This document shows positions 38,939 through 48,246 of a stretch of 64,000 bases of DNA, one piece after another; position 1 is the stretch's first letter, and every line of letters starts with the position of its first letter. The notes under the pieces are model-generated. The model was not told the origin of the DNA. It made no database searches and saw nothing but the letters and a program-made list of their open reading frames with translations. A program made the translations under genes and the position numbers. The DNA lies in contig JBDKTO010000074.1 in assembly GCA_039680175.1 (NCBI GenBank), positions 229,724 to 293,723 of the forward strand. Reading direction: 5' to 3'. This stretch comes from Veillonellales bacterium. Its GTDB lineage: Bacteria; Bacillota; Negativicutes; JAAYSF01.

Positions 38939-40906
38939 ATGATGTGGCGGAATATTACGATCATCTTACTAATATGTATGTGCAGCAATATTTGTTATGC
39001 CTTTTTTGATTTGCCCCGTACCGACAATTTAGAGAACCTGCATATGATAGCGGCCACACAAGTGTTTGATATAGAGGGGAAGCCTGTAGCAAGATTATTT
39101 GAAGAAAATCGTATTGTTGTAACGATTACTAACATCTCTCCTTATGTACAGGAAGCAATCGTGGCAAATGAGGACAGCCGTTTTTATAATCATATAGGCA
39201 TTGATCCCATCGGAATTATTCGAGCATTATGGGTGGATATTCGAACCGGCAGCTTCGAGGAAGGCGGCAGTACCATCACGCAGCAGTTGGCAAAAAATAT
39301 GTTTTTAACACAAGAACGAACCTTGACGCGAAAACTCAAAGAAGCTGTTTTAGCTTTGCTTATTGAGCGAAAATTTTCCAAGCAGGAAATACTGGAAGCT
39401 TACTTAAACCAAGTTTATTTCGGCGAAGGTACCTACGGAATTGAAGCAGCCAGTCAGATATATTTAGGTAAACATGCCAGTGAACTAACGTTAGCGGAAA
39501 GTGCCATGCTGGCAGGGCTGCCGCGTGGTCCAAACGTATATTCTCCTTATATTGATCCGCAAGCAGCGGTTAACCGTCGCGCTACGGTGCTTGCAGGCAT
39601 GGTAAAAGAAGGATATATTTCACAGGCTGAGGCGGATCGTGCACAAACAGAGTCGATAGTATTGGCCGGGAAGAAAAAACGGGACGTACAAGCCTCCTAC
39701 TTTTTGGATTATGTCGCCAATGAGCTTAGCGGGCGTTATGGTGCAAATCGTGTTTATAAAGGCGGACTTAAGATTTACACGACATTGGACAGTAAAATAC
39801 AATTAGCGGCAGAAAACGTATTAAAACAATACCAGGGTGGCGTATTGGCCTTGGATCCTAAAACCGGTTATATCAAAGCGATGGTTGGCGGACGAAATTA
39901 TGCAGAAAGCCAGCTGAACAGAGTCATTGTCGAAGTACGTCAACCAGGCTCAGCATTCAAACCCTTTGTTTATGCGACAGCACTGAATCAGGGGCTTGCT
40001 GCTAATTCGTTGATTATTGATGAACCAATAAACATCTCAGGTTATACGCCGCAAAATTATGACAAAAAATTCCGGGGAGCAATTACATTGAAAAAAGCGC
40101 TCCGGCTGTCCGTCAACATAGCTGCAGTAAAATTAGGCCAGCAGGTAGGAATGGATCAGGTCTGCAGGTTAGCACAAAATATGGGAATTACTACCTTAGT
40201 TCAGCAAGATAATAACTTAGCAACGGCTTTGGGAGGACTAACGAATGGTGTTAATCTGATGGAGCTTTCTACGGCCTATACTGCCTTTGCCAATGGCGGA
40301 GTGTTGTCCCGTCCTATTAGTATTCTGAAAGTACTTGACGAAAATAATCAAGTGTTAGAAGAAAGCCGGTTAACTCAACAATCCGTTTTAAGCCCCGATG
40401 TCGCTTACATTTTAACGGACATGCTGAAAGGTGTTATTGAGAAAGGAACCGGAACAGCAGCAAATATTGGCCGACCAGAGGCGGGGAAAACGGGTACCAC
40501 CGATAATTATGAGACTGCCTGGTTTATCGGCTATACGCCGGATTTACTGGTTGGAATTTATGTGGGAAACGATGATCGCAAGCCGGTTGGAATTTCCGGA
40601 AGCGAAGTTGCCGGATTATGGGGTATTATGATGAATCAAGTATTACAAGGGACAAAACCGCTTGATTTTACTATACCACCTAATGTGATAGCCGGTGTGG
40701 CAATATGTGCCGACTCAGGAAGATTAGCCGGTATCGGCTGCTCCGATATCGAATACAGTTCTTTTATTCGAGGAACAGAACCTAAGGTAGTGGATTCACG
40801 CCTTCGGCCGGATTTAAAAACAGACGCTAACCAGCAAACACCGCCGGATGGTCGGACTAATCAGCTCAAATGGAAGCTGCCTTTCCCATGGTTGCCCATT
40901 TTTTAA
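38939..40906 (+). CDS. Class A penicillin-binding protein (bifunctional transglycosylase/transpeptidase, PBP1A-like)
   Basis: GT51 motifs (EDSRFYNH, GGSTITQQLAKN) and transpeptidase motifs SAFK, SVN and KTGTT. Confidence 0.85.
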   Translation: MMWRNITIILLICMCSNICYAFFDLPRTDNLENLHMIAATQVFDIEGKPVARLFEENRIVVTITNISPYVQEAIVANEDSRFYNHIGIDPIGIIRALWVDIRTGSFEEGGSTITQQLAKNMFLTQERTLTRKLKEAVLALLIERKFSKQEILEAYLNQVYFGEGTYGIEAASQIYLGKHASELTLAESAMLAGLPRGPNVYSPYIDPQAAVNRRATVLAGMVKEGYISQAEADRAQTESIVLAGKKKRDVQASYFLDYVANELSGRYGANRVYKGGLKIYTTLDSKIQLAAENVLKQYQGGVLALDPKTGYIKAMVGGRNYAESQLNRVIVEVRQPGSAFKPFVYATALNQGLAANSLIIDEPINISGYTPQNYDKKFRGAITLKKALRLSVNIAAVKLGQQVGMDQVCRLAQNMGITTLVQQDNNLATALGGLTNGVNLMELSTAYTAFANGGVLSRPISILKVLDENNQVLEESRLTQQSVLSPDVAYILTDMLKGVIEKGTGTAANIGRPEAGKTGTTDNYETAWFIGYTPDLLVGIYVGNDDRKPVGISGSEVAGLWGIMMNQVLQGTKPLDFTIPPNVIAGVAICADSGRLAGIGCSDIEYSSFIRGTEPKVVDSRLRPDLKTDANQQTPPDGRTNQLKWKLPFPWLPIF

Positions 40907-41019
40907 TCTTATGATAAAATATACCAAAATAGGTGCTTTACTTGTGGCACGGGTCTTCAGTAACCTGTATGAACGGGCTGCAAAGTATTTTCCCCGACAG
41001 GATAAGGAGATAGCAAGAA

Positions 41020-41757
41020 TTGAAAAATAGAATAGCGGTTTTAAATACCCAGATCAATGCGGTTACGATGGAAGAAGCAGTTAGTCTCATTGAGAAATTT
41101 ATACAGGAGCGAGTACCTCACTTAGTTGCTACCGCTAACGCTGAGATGGTTATGCTAGCAGAAAAAGATAAGGAACTGGCTGAAATTCTTAAGAATGCCG
41201 ATTTGATTGTGCCGGATGGAGCGGGCGTTGTCTGGGCCGCACGGCATCAAGGCTATATTGTTCCCGAACGAGTGGCAGGTTATGACCTAGTTCAGTATTT
41301 ACTTAAAAGATCTGCAGCTAAAGGTTATCGTGTATTCCTGTTTGGCGGTTCTCCCGGTATTGCGGACCGTGCCCGGATAGTTGCCGAACAATATTATAAA
41401 GGGGTTAAGATTTTGGGAACATGCAACGGCTTTTTCGATGCGAAACGAGAGCAAGAAATCATTCAAATGATTCAATCTGTTCAGCCGGATATTCTGCTTG
41501 TCGCCCTGGGAGTACCGAAACAAGAAAAATGGCTGGCGCGTCATATGAGTCAGCTGAATGTACCTGTATCTATCGGCGTGGGGGGGACTTTTGATGTTAT
41601 GTCCGGAGTAATGAAACGAGCACCCCTATGGATGCAGCGGGCAAATATAGAATGGCTATTCCGTCTCATCTCACAGCCGAAACGCGCCATGAGAATGCTG
41701 GCATTACCCCACTTCGTATTCAAGGTACTTAGTATTAAAAAACATGGACAAAAGTAA
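41020..41757 (+). CDS. tagA: WecB/TagA/CpsF-family (GT26) glycosyltransferase
   Basis: 245 aa with the GT26 pattern (...ATANAEMV...DGAGVVWA...). The TTG start has RBS AAGGAGA. Confidence 0.75.
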   Translation: MKNRIAVLNTQINAVTMEEAVSLIEKFIQERVPHLVATANAEMVMLAEKDKELAEILKNADLIVPDGAGVVWAARHQGYIVPERVAGYDLVQYLLKRSAAKGYRVFLFGGSPGIADRARIVAEQYYKGVKILGTCNGFFDAKREQEIIQMIQSVQPDILLVALGVPKQEKWLARHMSQLNVPVSIGVGGTFDVMSGVMKRAPLWMQRANIEWLFRLISQPKRAMRMLALPHFVFKVLSIKKHGQK

Positions 41758-41854
41758 ACTAGATATATTATAATAAATAAGAATGAGAGGGCACGTTTTG
41801 AGACAGCCCTTTTGTTTTGGCCGATTGAGGGTAAGCTTAATAGGAGGAGGATAA

Positions 41855-42490
41855 ATGGTTAGAACGCCTATTGTGAAGGAAGGCTTCAGATATATATTTA
41901 TTCTTGCATTTATTACTGTTGTAGTCGCTTTGACCGTTCATCCTTATTGGAGCATTATTCCGGGCGTATTGTTGGCTTTTATCACCTTTTTTTTTCGCAA
42001 CCCGAACCGAAAAGTGCCGGACGACAATGTTTTAGTGCTTTCGCCGGCTGATGGGAAAGTCATGAGTGTCTGTGAGTTTTATGATGATGAGTTTTTGAAC
42101 GAAATCGGAACCAAAGTAACTATTTTTTTATCCGTATTGGATGTACATGTAAACCGCAGTCCTATTGCCGGTGAAATAAAATATCAACAATATACTTGCG
42201 GACGCTTTCGTCCTGCCTATAAAGAATCCGCAGGCTGCGAAAATGAACGCCATTCCATTGGGCTGGAAAATGAAATTTTGCGTGTTTTGGTCATTCAAAT
42301 TGCAGGTATTTTAGCTCGCCGGATTGTTTCATGGGTAACATTGGGCAGTGTATTACAGCAGGGACAACGATATGGTATGATTAAGTTTGGCTCCTGTACA
42401 GAAGTTATCATGCCTAAAGCCGTAGAAATATTAGTAAAAAAAGGCGATAAGGTCAAAGGCGGCGAGACAGTTATAGGGAGGTTGCCTTAA
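41855..42490 (+). CDS. psd: Phosphatidylserine decarboxylase, short archaeal-type proenzyme
   Basis: 211 aa with an N-terminal TM region and an FGSCT self-cleavage motif. RBS AGGAGGAGG is present. Confidence 0.8.
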   Translation: MVRTPIVKEGFRYIFILAFITVVVALTVHPYWSIIPGVLLAFITFFFRNPNRKVPDDNVLVLSPADGKVMSVCEFYDDEFLNEIGTKVTIFLSVLDVHVNRSPIAGEIKYQQYTCGRFRPAYKESAGCENERHSIGLENEILRVLVIQIAGILARRIVSWVTLGSVLQQGQRYGMIKFGSCTEVIMPKAVEILVKKGDKVKGGETVIGRLP

Positions 42491-43167
42491 TGAGAAATGT
42501 TATTCCCAATGCGCTGACATCGTTAAACCTTATTTTAGGCGTATTTGCTATTATATTTACGTATAATGGAGATTTTTATCTGGCGGCTGTTTTTATCCTG
42601 GCAGCTATGGTTGCTGACGGGATGGATGGACGAGTTGCCCGTTATTTCAAAGTCAGCAGCGAATTTGGTAAGGAACTTGACTCGCTATGTGATCTGGTTT
42701 CCTTTGGAGTCGCTCCGGCAATTCTGTCATATGCCTTTTTATTGAAAGATTTTGGCGTTCGCGGCATGTTAGTCGCAGCATTTTTTGCCACCTGCGGTGC
42801 TTTGCGCCTTGCCCGGTTTAATGTAAATACAGGGATAGTCAAAGGATACTTTATGGGCCTTCCCATTCCGGCGGCAGGCTGTGTGGTGGCTAGTTTTGTT
42901 ATGCTTAACATAAAACCATCGGGCTGGCTTTTTCCGATTATGGTATGCATATTTGCTTATTTGATGGTCAGTTCGATAAAATATCCTGACTTTAAAGGCA
43001 AAGGTGAAAAAATTAGAATGGTTCCTGCCATCCTAACGTTTTTAATTGCCGGTTATATTTTATTTGTTCAGCATAATGCCATAGTGTTCGTTATCTTTTT
43101 TGCGTATGCCTTATTCGGGATACTAAATACTATCATGGGTTTATTTTCTCATAGCTCTCCTTGTTAA
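42490..43167 (+). CDS. pssA: CDP-diacylglycerol--serine O-phosphatidyltransferase (CDP-alcohol phosphatidyltransferase family)
   Basis: DGMDGRVAR...GKELDSLCDLVSFGVAPA matches the CDP-OH phosphatidyltransferase motif. The ATG overlaps the psd stop (taATG). Confidence 0.8.
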   Translation: MRNVIPNALTSLNLILGVFAIIFTYNGDFYLAAVFILAAMVADGMDGRVARYFKVSSEFGKELDSLCDLVSFGVAPAILSYAFLLKDFGVRGMLVAAFFATCGALRLARFNVNTGIVKGYFMGLPIPAAGCVVASFVMLNIKPSGWLFPIMVCIFAYLMVSSIKYPDFKGKGEKIRMVPAILTFLIAGYILFVQHNAIVFVIFFAYALFGILNTIMGLFSHSSPC

Positions 43168-43266
43168 TTTGCCCATTGCTTCTTAAAAAAAATTGTTGTT
43201 ATCTCATTCTAGCTAAAAAGACTAGGTCATATCATAGCTAGGGAGAAGCAATGTACAGATTCGCTT

Positions 43267-43300
43267 TTTTCCAGCTTGACAGGTATAGCACTTAAACTTA
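43267..43300 (+). promoter_or_regulatory. Candidate sigma-A promoter for the GT2 gene
   Basis: TTGACA-17nt-TAAAAT, leaving a roughly 100-nt 5' UTR. Confidence 0.3.
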
Positions 43301-43403
43301 AAATGGTATTTGTGGTTGAACTAATATATTCTTTTTTCTTCGTTTAAAATATCCTCTAGGTTACTTTAGATGATGAATGCGGAATATTAAAGGAGCAAGA
43401 TCC

Positions 43404-44693
43404 ATGAACTATGTGTTTGATTACATAATGATTCCCATGCAACTTATTATTGTTTTCTTTACGCTGTATTATTTTATTATTGCATTTTTTGGCATGTGGC
43501 GGCCCAAAGAAACGAAAATAGTGACACCTAAAAAGAATTTTGCCGTCATTGTTGCTGCTCACAATGAAGAACAGGTGATAGCTCAGTTATTGGAAAATCT
43601 TCATGTACTGAAATACCCACAGGAATTATATGATATTTTTGTCATTGCTGATAACTGTAAAGATCGTACTGCTCAATTGGCGCGTTCTGCCGGTGCTATT
43701 GTCTATGAAAGATTTAATCTCGAACAGCGCGGCAAGGGTTTTGCCCTTGAGTGGATGTTTAATAAGCTATTTAAACTAAAACATAAATATGATGCTGTTG
43801 TTGTTTTTGACGCGGACAATCTTGTACATCCTAATTTTTTGCTGGAAATGAATAATCGTTTATGTAAAGGTGAAAAGGTTATTCAAGGTTATTTAGACGC
43901 TAAAAATCCAAATGATACCTGGATTTCCGGTACTTTTGCCATTTCTTTCTGGGTTGTCAATCATATTTGGCATTTAGCCAAATATAATCTGGGACTATCA
44001 AGTGTTTTAGGCGGTACCGGTATGTGTATCGCAACCGATGTTTTACAAAGATTTGGCTGGGGAGCAACTTGCCTGACAGAGGATATGGAATTTACGATGA
44101 AAGTTCTGTTAGAAGGCATTCCCACCACTTGGGCTCATGATGCGATTGTTTACGATGAAAAGCCCCTTACTTTTATGCAATCATGGCATCAGCGCAGACG
44201 GTGGGCGCAAGGGCATTTTGATCTTGCGGGAAGGTATATTCCCCTTATGCTGGCGGAAGGGTTTAAAAAGCATGACATTCGCATATTAGATGGCGTTTTG
44301 CATTTATTGCAACCTCATTTTCTTCTATTATCGACAGCTTTTGTATTGTTAAGCTATGTATATTACATTTCTCCGTTTTATACTAATATTTTATATATGG
44401 TTTTACCCGTTGAGGTATGGACAATTATTGGAATCGGACAATATCTCTTTCCCATGATTGTCTTGGCAAAAATTCGTGCTCCCTGGAAATCCTGGCTTTA
44501 TTTGATTTTATATCCGCTGTTTGTCTATAGCTGGGTGCCAATTACTTTTCTTGGCTTTCTGCACCGCAATGAGCGGGAGTGGAGTCATACCCAGCATACC
44601 CGCAGTCTCAGTTATCGTGATGTATTAATAACTCAGTCTGGTTCGAATGAATTTTCTAAAGATAATTTATTAAGTAAACAAGCTGTCAAATAA
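43404..44693 (+). CDS. Membrane-embedded family-2 glycosyltransferase (processive GT2, multi-TM C-terminus)
   Basis: N-terminal TM helix, then a GT-A domain (VIVAAHNEE, DADN) and a QRRRW-like motif (HQRRRWAQG), followed by several C-terminal TM helices. RBS AAAGGAG lies 7 nt upstream of the ATG at 43404. Confidence 0.75.
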   Translation: MNYVFDYIMIPMQLIIVFFTLYYFIIAFFGMWRPKETKIVTPKKNFAVIVAAHNEEQVIAQLLENLHVLKYPQELYDIFVIADNCKDRTAQLARSAGAIVYERFNLEQRGKGFALEWMFNKLFKLKHKYDAVVVFDADNLVHPNFLLEMNNRLCKGEKVIQGYLDAKNPNDTWISGTFAISFWVVNHIWHLAKYNLGLSSVLGGTGMCIATDVLQRFGWGATCLTEDMEFTMKVLLEGIPTTWAHDAIVYDEKPLTFMQSWHQRRRWAQGHFDLAGRYIPLMLAEGFKKHDIRILDGVLHLLQPHFLLLSTAFVLLSYVYYISPFYTNILYMVLPVEVWTIIGIGQYLFPMIVLAKIRAPWKSWLYLILYPLFVYSWVPITFLGFLHRNEREWSHTQHTRSLSYRDVLITQSGSNEFSKDNLLSKQAVK

Positions 44694-44728
44694 TTTTGTA
44701 AATTGGCGGTAACGTATGGCATAAAAAA

Positions 44729-44755
44729 AGATGAGTGTACACTCATCTTTTTTTA
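44729..44755. terminator. Terminator after the GT2 gene (perfect palindrome plus T-run)
   Basis: aaaaaaa gatgagtgtacactcatc ttttttt. Confidence 0.7.
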
Positions 44756-44823
44756 CCTTCAGGCTTATTTCCCTTTTAGAAAAATTACCGGCAGACTGCT
44801 GTTTTATGGAAGGAAGAATTATT

Positions 44824-45600
44824 TTGCGTATTCTATTAACAAATGATGATGGTATAGAAGCTCAGGGCATACGGGTTTTATGGAAAGAGCTGGCTTCGGT
44901 TACGGATGTGACTGTCAGCGTTGTAGCCCCGGATGCGGAACAAAGTGCTACGAGTCAGGCTATTACTGTACGTCAGCCAATCAGAGTTGATCCATATTCT
45001 ATAGAGCAATTCCCGCGCTTTTCTGCCTGGCGTGTGAACGGTACACCTACCGACTGCGTTAAAGTTGCCTTAGAAGCCTTGCTGGAGGAAAAGCCGGATA
45101 TAGTCGTTTCGGGCATCAATCATGGACCGAATCTGGGGACGGATGTATTATATTCCGGAACAGTAAGTGCAGCCATTGAAGGTGCGCTTCATGGAATACC
45201 TTCCGTCGCTGTATCGCTGAATTGTTTCAAAGATTTTAATTTTTCTCCGGCAGCTCAGTTCATGCGAACTTTAATTTTTATGATCATGAAGCAGGGATTG
45301 CCGCCTAATACTTTGCTGAACGTAAATGTTCCAGCATTTGCGGGAAAGGAAATAGCCGGAGTTGCTATTACTAAATTAGGTGTACGACAATATAAAAATA
45401 CTTTTGAGCGCCGCGAAGATCCACACGGTCGCATCTATTATTGGATGGGGGGAAAGCTGGCCGACAGCAAGAATGATGATGACAGCGATGTAGCGGCTGT
45501 TGGCAATAACTTGATTTCCGTAACGCCGGTGCATTTTGATTTAACGAATTATAACATAATGCATCTGCTACAATCATGGAATTTATCGACGGGAAATTAA
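44824..45600 (+). CDS. surE: 5'/3'-nucleotidase SurE
   Basis: The TTG at 44824 gives M-RILLTNDDGIEAQGI..., the canonical SurE N-terminus. RBS GGAAGGAAG lies 7 nt upstream. The ORF-track start at 44731 lies inside the upstream terminator hairpin. Confidence 0.8.
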   Translation: MRILLTNDDGIEAQGIRVLWKELASVTDVTVSVVAPDAEQSATSQAITVRQPIRVDPYSIEQFPRFSAWRVNGTPTDCVKVALEALLEEKPDIVVSGINHGPNLGTDVLYSGTVSAAIEGALHGIPSVAVSLNCFKDFNFSPAAQFMRTLIFMIMKQGLPPNTLLNVNVPAFAGKEIAGVAITKLGVRQYKNTFERREDPHGRIYYWMGGKLADSKNDDDSDVAAVGNNLISVTPVHFDLTNYNIMHLLQSWNLSTGN

Positions 45601-45703
45601 CGCCGTAAAGTTTTTAACTGCTTTTTCGATTTTGGGGTATATTTAGTTTTTTATTGCATAAATTTACAGTAAAACTCCGGAAGAACTCCAGGGAGGGAAG
45701 GCT

Positions 45704-46120
45704 GTGGCTAAATATACCGGACGCACGCGCGGCAATACAAAACTACAAAAACCGTCTGGTGCGGTTGTGCTTATTTTCCTGGGAGCCATTGTCAGTCTGG
45801 CAGTATCTTTAGTATGTACCCTGTTCTTATCGTTGGTAAGCTTGTTATCGGAAGGCTTTTTTATTGAGCGCTATATGGAATATATTATGGTCGCAGTAAC
45901 AATGGTCAGCATTTTTATTGGCAGTGTTTTTGCCGCCCAGAAGGCGGAATCGAAAGGGCTTCTTATCGGAATTGCTGTTGGTTTTATTTATGTAATTGTT
46001 TCCGTTGCTGTTGGTATGAAAATCAGTCAGGAAACCATTACCCTTTTAGTATTCGCAAATAAGTTTGTAGCAGGAATTGCAGCCGGCGCATTGGGGGGGC
46101 TGATTGGTATCAATTTATAG
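45704..46120 (+). CDS. Small four-TM membrane protein (TIGR04086/YrzE-like; family assignment is tentative)
   Basis: 138 aa with four predicted hydrophobic helices. RBS GGGAGGGAAGG precedes the GTG start. Confidence 0.55.
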   Translation: MAKYTGRTRGNTKLQKPSGAVVLIFLGAIVSLAVSLVCTLFLSLVSLLSEGFFIERYMEYIMVAVTMVSIFIGSVFAAQKAESKGLLIGIAVGFIYVIVSVAVGMKISQETITLLVFANKFVAGIAAGALGGLIGINL

Positions 46121-46134
46121 CCTGCTGCTTTCTT

Positions 46135-46156
46135 TGAGGCCATTGGCCTCTTTTTT
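46135..46156 (+). terminator. Intrinsic terminator
   Basis: gaggcc att ggcctc tttttt. Confidence 0.65.
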
Positions 46157-46372
46157 GCGTAGTGCAGAAACATATTGTCTTACTATTGGTGCCATTTTCT
46201 CTGATAAGTCGACCAGTATGGCCAGTAAAAATCCGGCTACTTGATAAACAATTTAGGTAAAATATTGAATAGAGACTGGTAAGAGAGAAGGGATTAGCAG
46301 AACACATTACGAATAGTAAAATAGCATTGAATTTTAATAGCTGTAATCTTATTATGAATGGCAGGGTGAAAA

Positions 46373-47167
46373 ATGATTAAAATCGCGATAATCGGTGGAA
46401 CAGGAGTATATGACCCTAGTATTCTAAATAATATTCAGGCTCATGAAGTTTCAACTCCCTATGGAACAGTCACTTTTAAGGTCGGTGAATTTAATGGTAA
46501 AGAAATTGCATTCATTCCAAGACACGGAAGCACTCATGCAATTCCGCCCCATCTTATAAACTACCGGGCCAATATTTGGAGTATGAAAAAGATCGGCGTT
46601 GAAAATATTATTGCCACAACGGCTGTCGGTTCTCTCAATCCGGCAATGAAACCTGGTGATTTTGTTTTGGTGGATCAATTTTTGGATTTTACAAAGAACC
46701 GGGTAAGCACCTTCTATGAAGGCGGAGAACGCGGTGTGGTGCATGTCGATGTTACCAGCCCTTACTGCTCCAGATTGAGGCATATCCTTGTTGCTGCCGC
46801 GCAGAAACATAAGCTCAGTATTCATCAGCTCGGTACATATGTTTGCACGGAAGGGCCGCGGTTTGAAACCGCGGCGGAAATTGCTATGTTCGCAAAACTT
46901 GGCGGCGATTTAGTCGGTATGACAAATGTGCCGGAGGCTGTGTTAGCGCATGAAGCGGAGATGTGTTATTCTACGGTGTCGATGGTTACGAATTATGCTG
47001 CCGGCATTTCGCAAACAGCTTTGACTCACAGTGAAGTCGTTGCGACGATGAAGCACAATGCTGAAGGCATTAAGCAGCTTATTATGACTGCTATTGACGA
47101 TATGAACCTGGATGAAGATTGCAACTGCCGGCATACGTTAGCCGAATACGGCGGATTTAAATTATAA
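46373..47167 (+). CDS. mtnP: MTAP-family 5'-methylthio-purine-nucleoside phosphorylase, predicted methylthioinosine-specific (Asp to Asn at the purine-6 recognition site)
   Basis: 264 aa aligning with MTAP (GTGVYDP...HLINYRANIWS...GMTNVPEAVLAHEAEMCY). In ...SMVTNYAAG the Asn (residue 207, nt 46991-46993) aligns with Asp220 of the human MTAP motif MATDYDC. Confidence 0.85.
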   Translation: MIKIAIIGGTGVYDPSILNNIQAHEVSTPYGTVTFKVGEFNGKEIAFIPRHGSTHAIPPHLINYRANIWSMKKIGVENIIATTAVGSLNPAMKPGDFVLVDQFLDFTKNRVSTFYEGGERGVVHVDVTSPYCSRLRHILVAAAQKHKLSIHQLGTYVCTEGPRFETAAEIAMFAKLGGDLVGMTNVPEAVLAHEAEMCYSTVSMVTNYAAGISQTALTHSEVVATMKHNAEGIKQLIMTAIDDMNLDEDCNCRHTLAEYGGFKL

Positions 47168-47172
47168 AGGCG

Positions 47173-48246
47173 GTGCAAGTCTTGCGTTCAATGGAATGGG
47201 ATAATTCTTGTTTAAAACTATTAAATCAAACTTTACTGCCTGGTAAAGTCGAATATAGGGAATGCCGGGATTATCGGGCAGTGGCGGAAGCAATCCGCCG
47301 TTTGGAAGTTCGCGGTGCTCCCGCGATTGGCGCGGCAGCGGCTTTTGCCTTCGTATTAGGAGCCAGGGAGATTGTGACCGAGAATGATTTTTTTGCGAAA
47401 CTGGCGGGAATTGCTGCGGAACTTAAACAAACCAGACCAACGGCAATCAATCTTTCTTGGGCTATTGAAAAGATGAGGGCAGTAGTGAATGCGTATCCGG
47501 GCAGCAAGGAAGATAAGACCGAATTGCTAACAGCGTTAGAAACAGAAGCGATCAATATCTATCAGCAGGACGAGAACGTGAATCACCGCATCTCTCAATA
47601 TGGAGCAAGTTTATTTGACAAACCGACAGCCGTATTAACTCATTGTAATGCCGGTGCTTTGGCAACTGTAGCCTGGGGAACCGCATTAGGGGTTATTCGC
47701 GCTGCCTGGTCACAAGGAAAAATAGACCGGGTATATGCCGATGAAACCCGTCCCTTGTTGCAGGGAGCAAGACTGACAGCCTGGGAATTACAACAGGATA
47801 ATATTCCGGTTACTTTAATTACCGACAATATGGCTGGCTGGATCATGAAAAAAAAGCTGGTACAATCAGTCATCGTCGGCGCCGACAGAATAACGGCCAA
47901 CGGTGATGTAGCAAATAAAATCGGCACTTATAGCGTAGCTGTACTGGCCAAACAGCATAATATTCCTTTTTATGTAGCTGCACCGGTTTCAACTTTTGAC
48001 TTTGCTATGTACAGTGGGGAGGATATCCCAATTGAAGAGCGTCAAGCCGAAGAAGTAACCGTATTTGCCGGCCACCGGATCGCACCGGAAAGCATCGACG
48101 TATTTAATCCGGCTTTTGATGTTACGCCAAGTTCCTTCGTTACGGCAATTATTACCGAGTTCGGCCTTCTGCGGTCTCCTTATTCCAGCGCGATCAGCAA
48201 ATTAAAAATCATGAAGGATGGGATGCACAATGGAATCAATGATTAA
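47173..48246 (+). CDS. mtnA: Methylthioribose-1-phosphate isomerase (eIF-2B alpha/beta/delta-like)
   Basis: 357 aa with ...RGAPAIG...THCNAGALAT... motifs. The start may instead be the TTG at 47182. Confidence 0.85.
   Translation: MQVLRSMEWDNSCLKLLNQTLLPGKVEYRECRDYRAVAEAIRRLEVRGAPAIGAAAAFAFVLGAREIVTENDFFAKLAGIAAELKQTRPTAINLSWAIEKMRAVVNAYPGSKEDKTELLTALETEAINIYQQDENVNHRISQYGASLFDKPTAVLTHCNAGALATVAWGTALGVIRAAWSQGKIDRVYADETRPLLQGARLTAWELQQDNIPVTLITDNMAGWIMKKKLVQSVIVGADRITANGDVANKIGTYSVAVLAKQHNIPFYVAAPVSTFDFAMYSGEDIPIEERQAEEVTVFAGHRIAPESIDVFNPAFDVTPSSFVTAIITEFGLLRSPYSSAISKLKIMKDGMHNGIND

Noticed and set aside
40848-41030. 60-aa ORF bridging the PBP1A 3' end and the tagA start
   Set aside because: It overlaps the PBP1A C-terminus in another frame and contains the tagA RBS. 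It is not supported.
46160-46372. Possible S-box or other SAM/SAH riboswitch upstream of the mtn cluster
   Set aside because: The 210-nt leader lacks the GGAGGGA...GGCCC...GCAACC S-box core, and I could not fit SAM-II or SAH-element consensus features by eye. It was left as an ordinary promoter/leader pending an Rfam scan.
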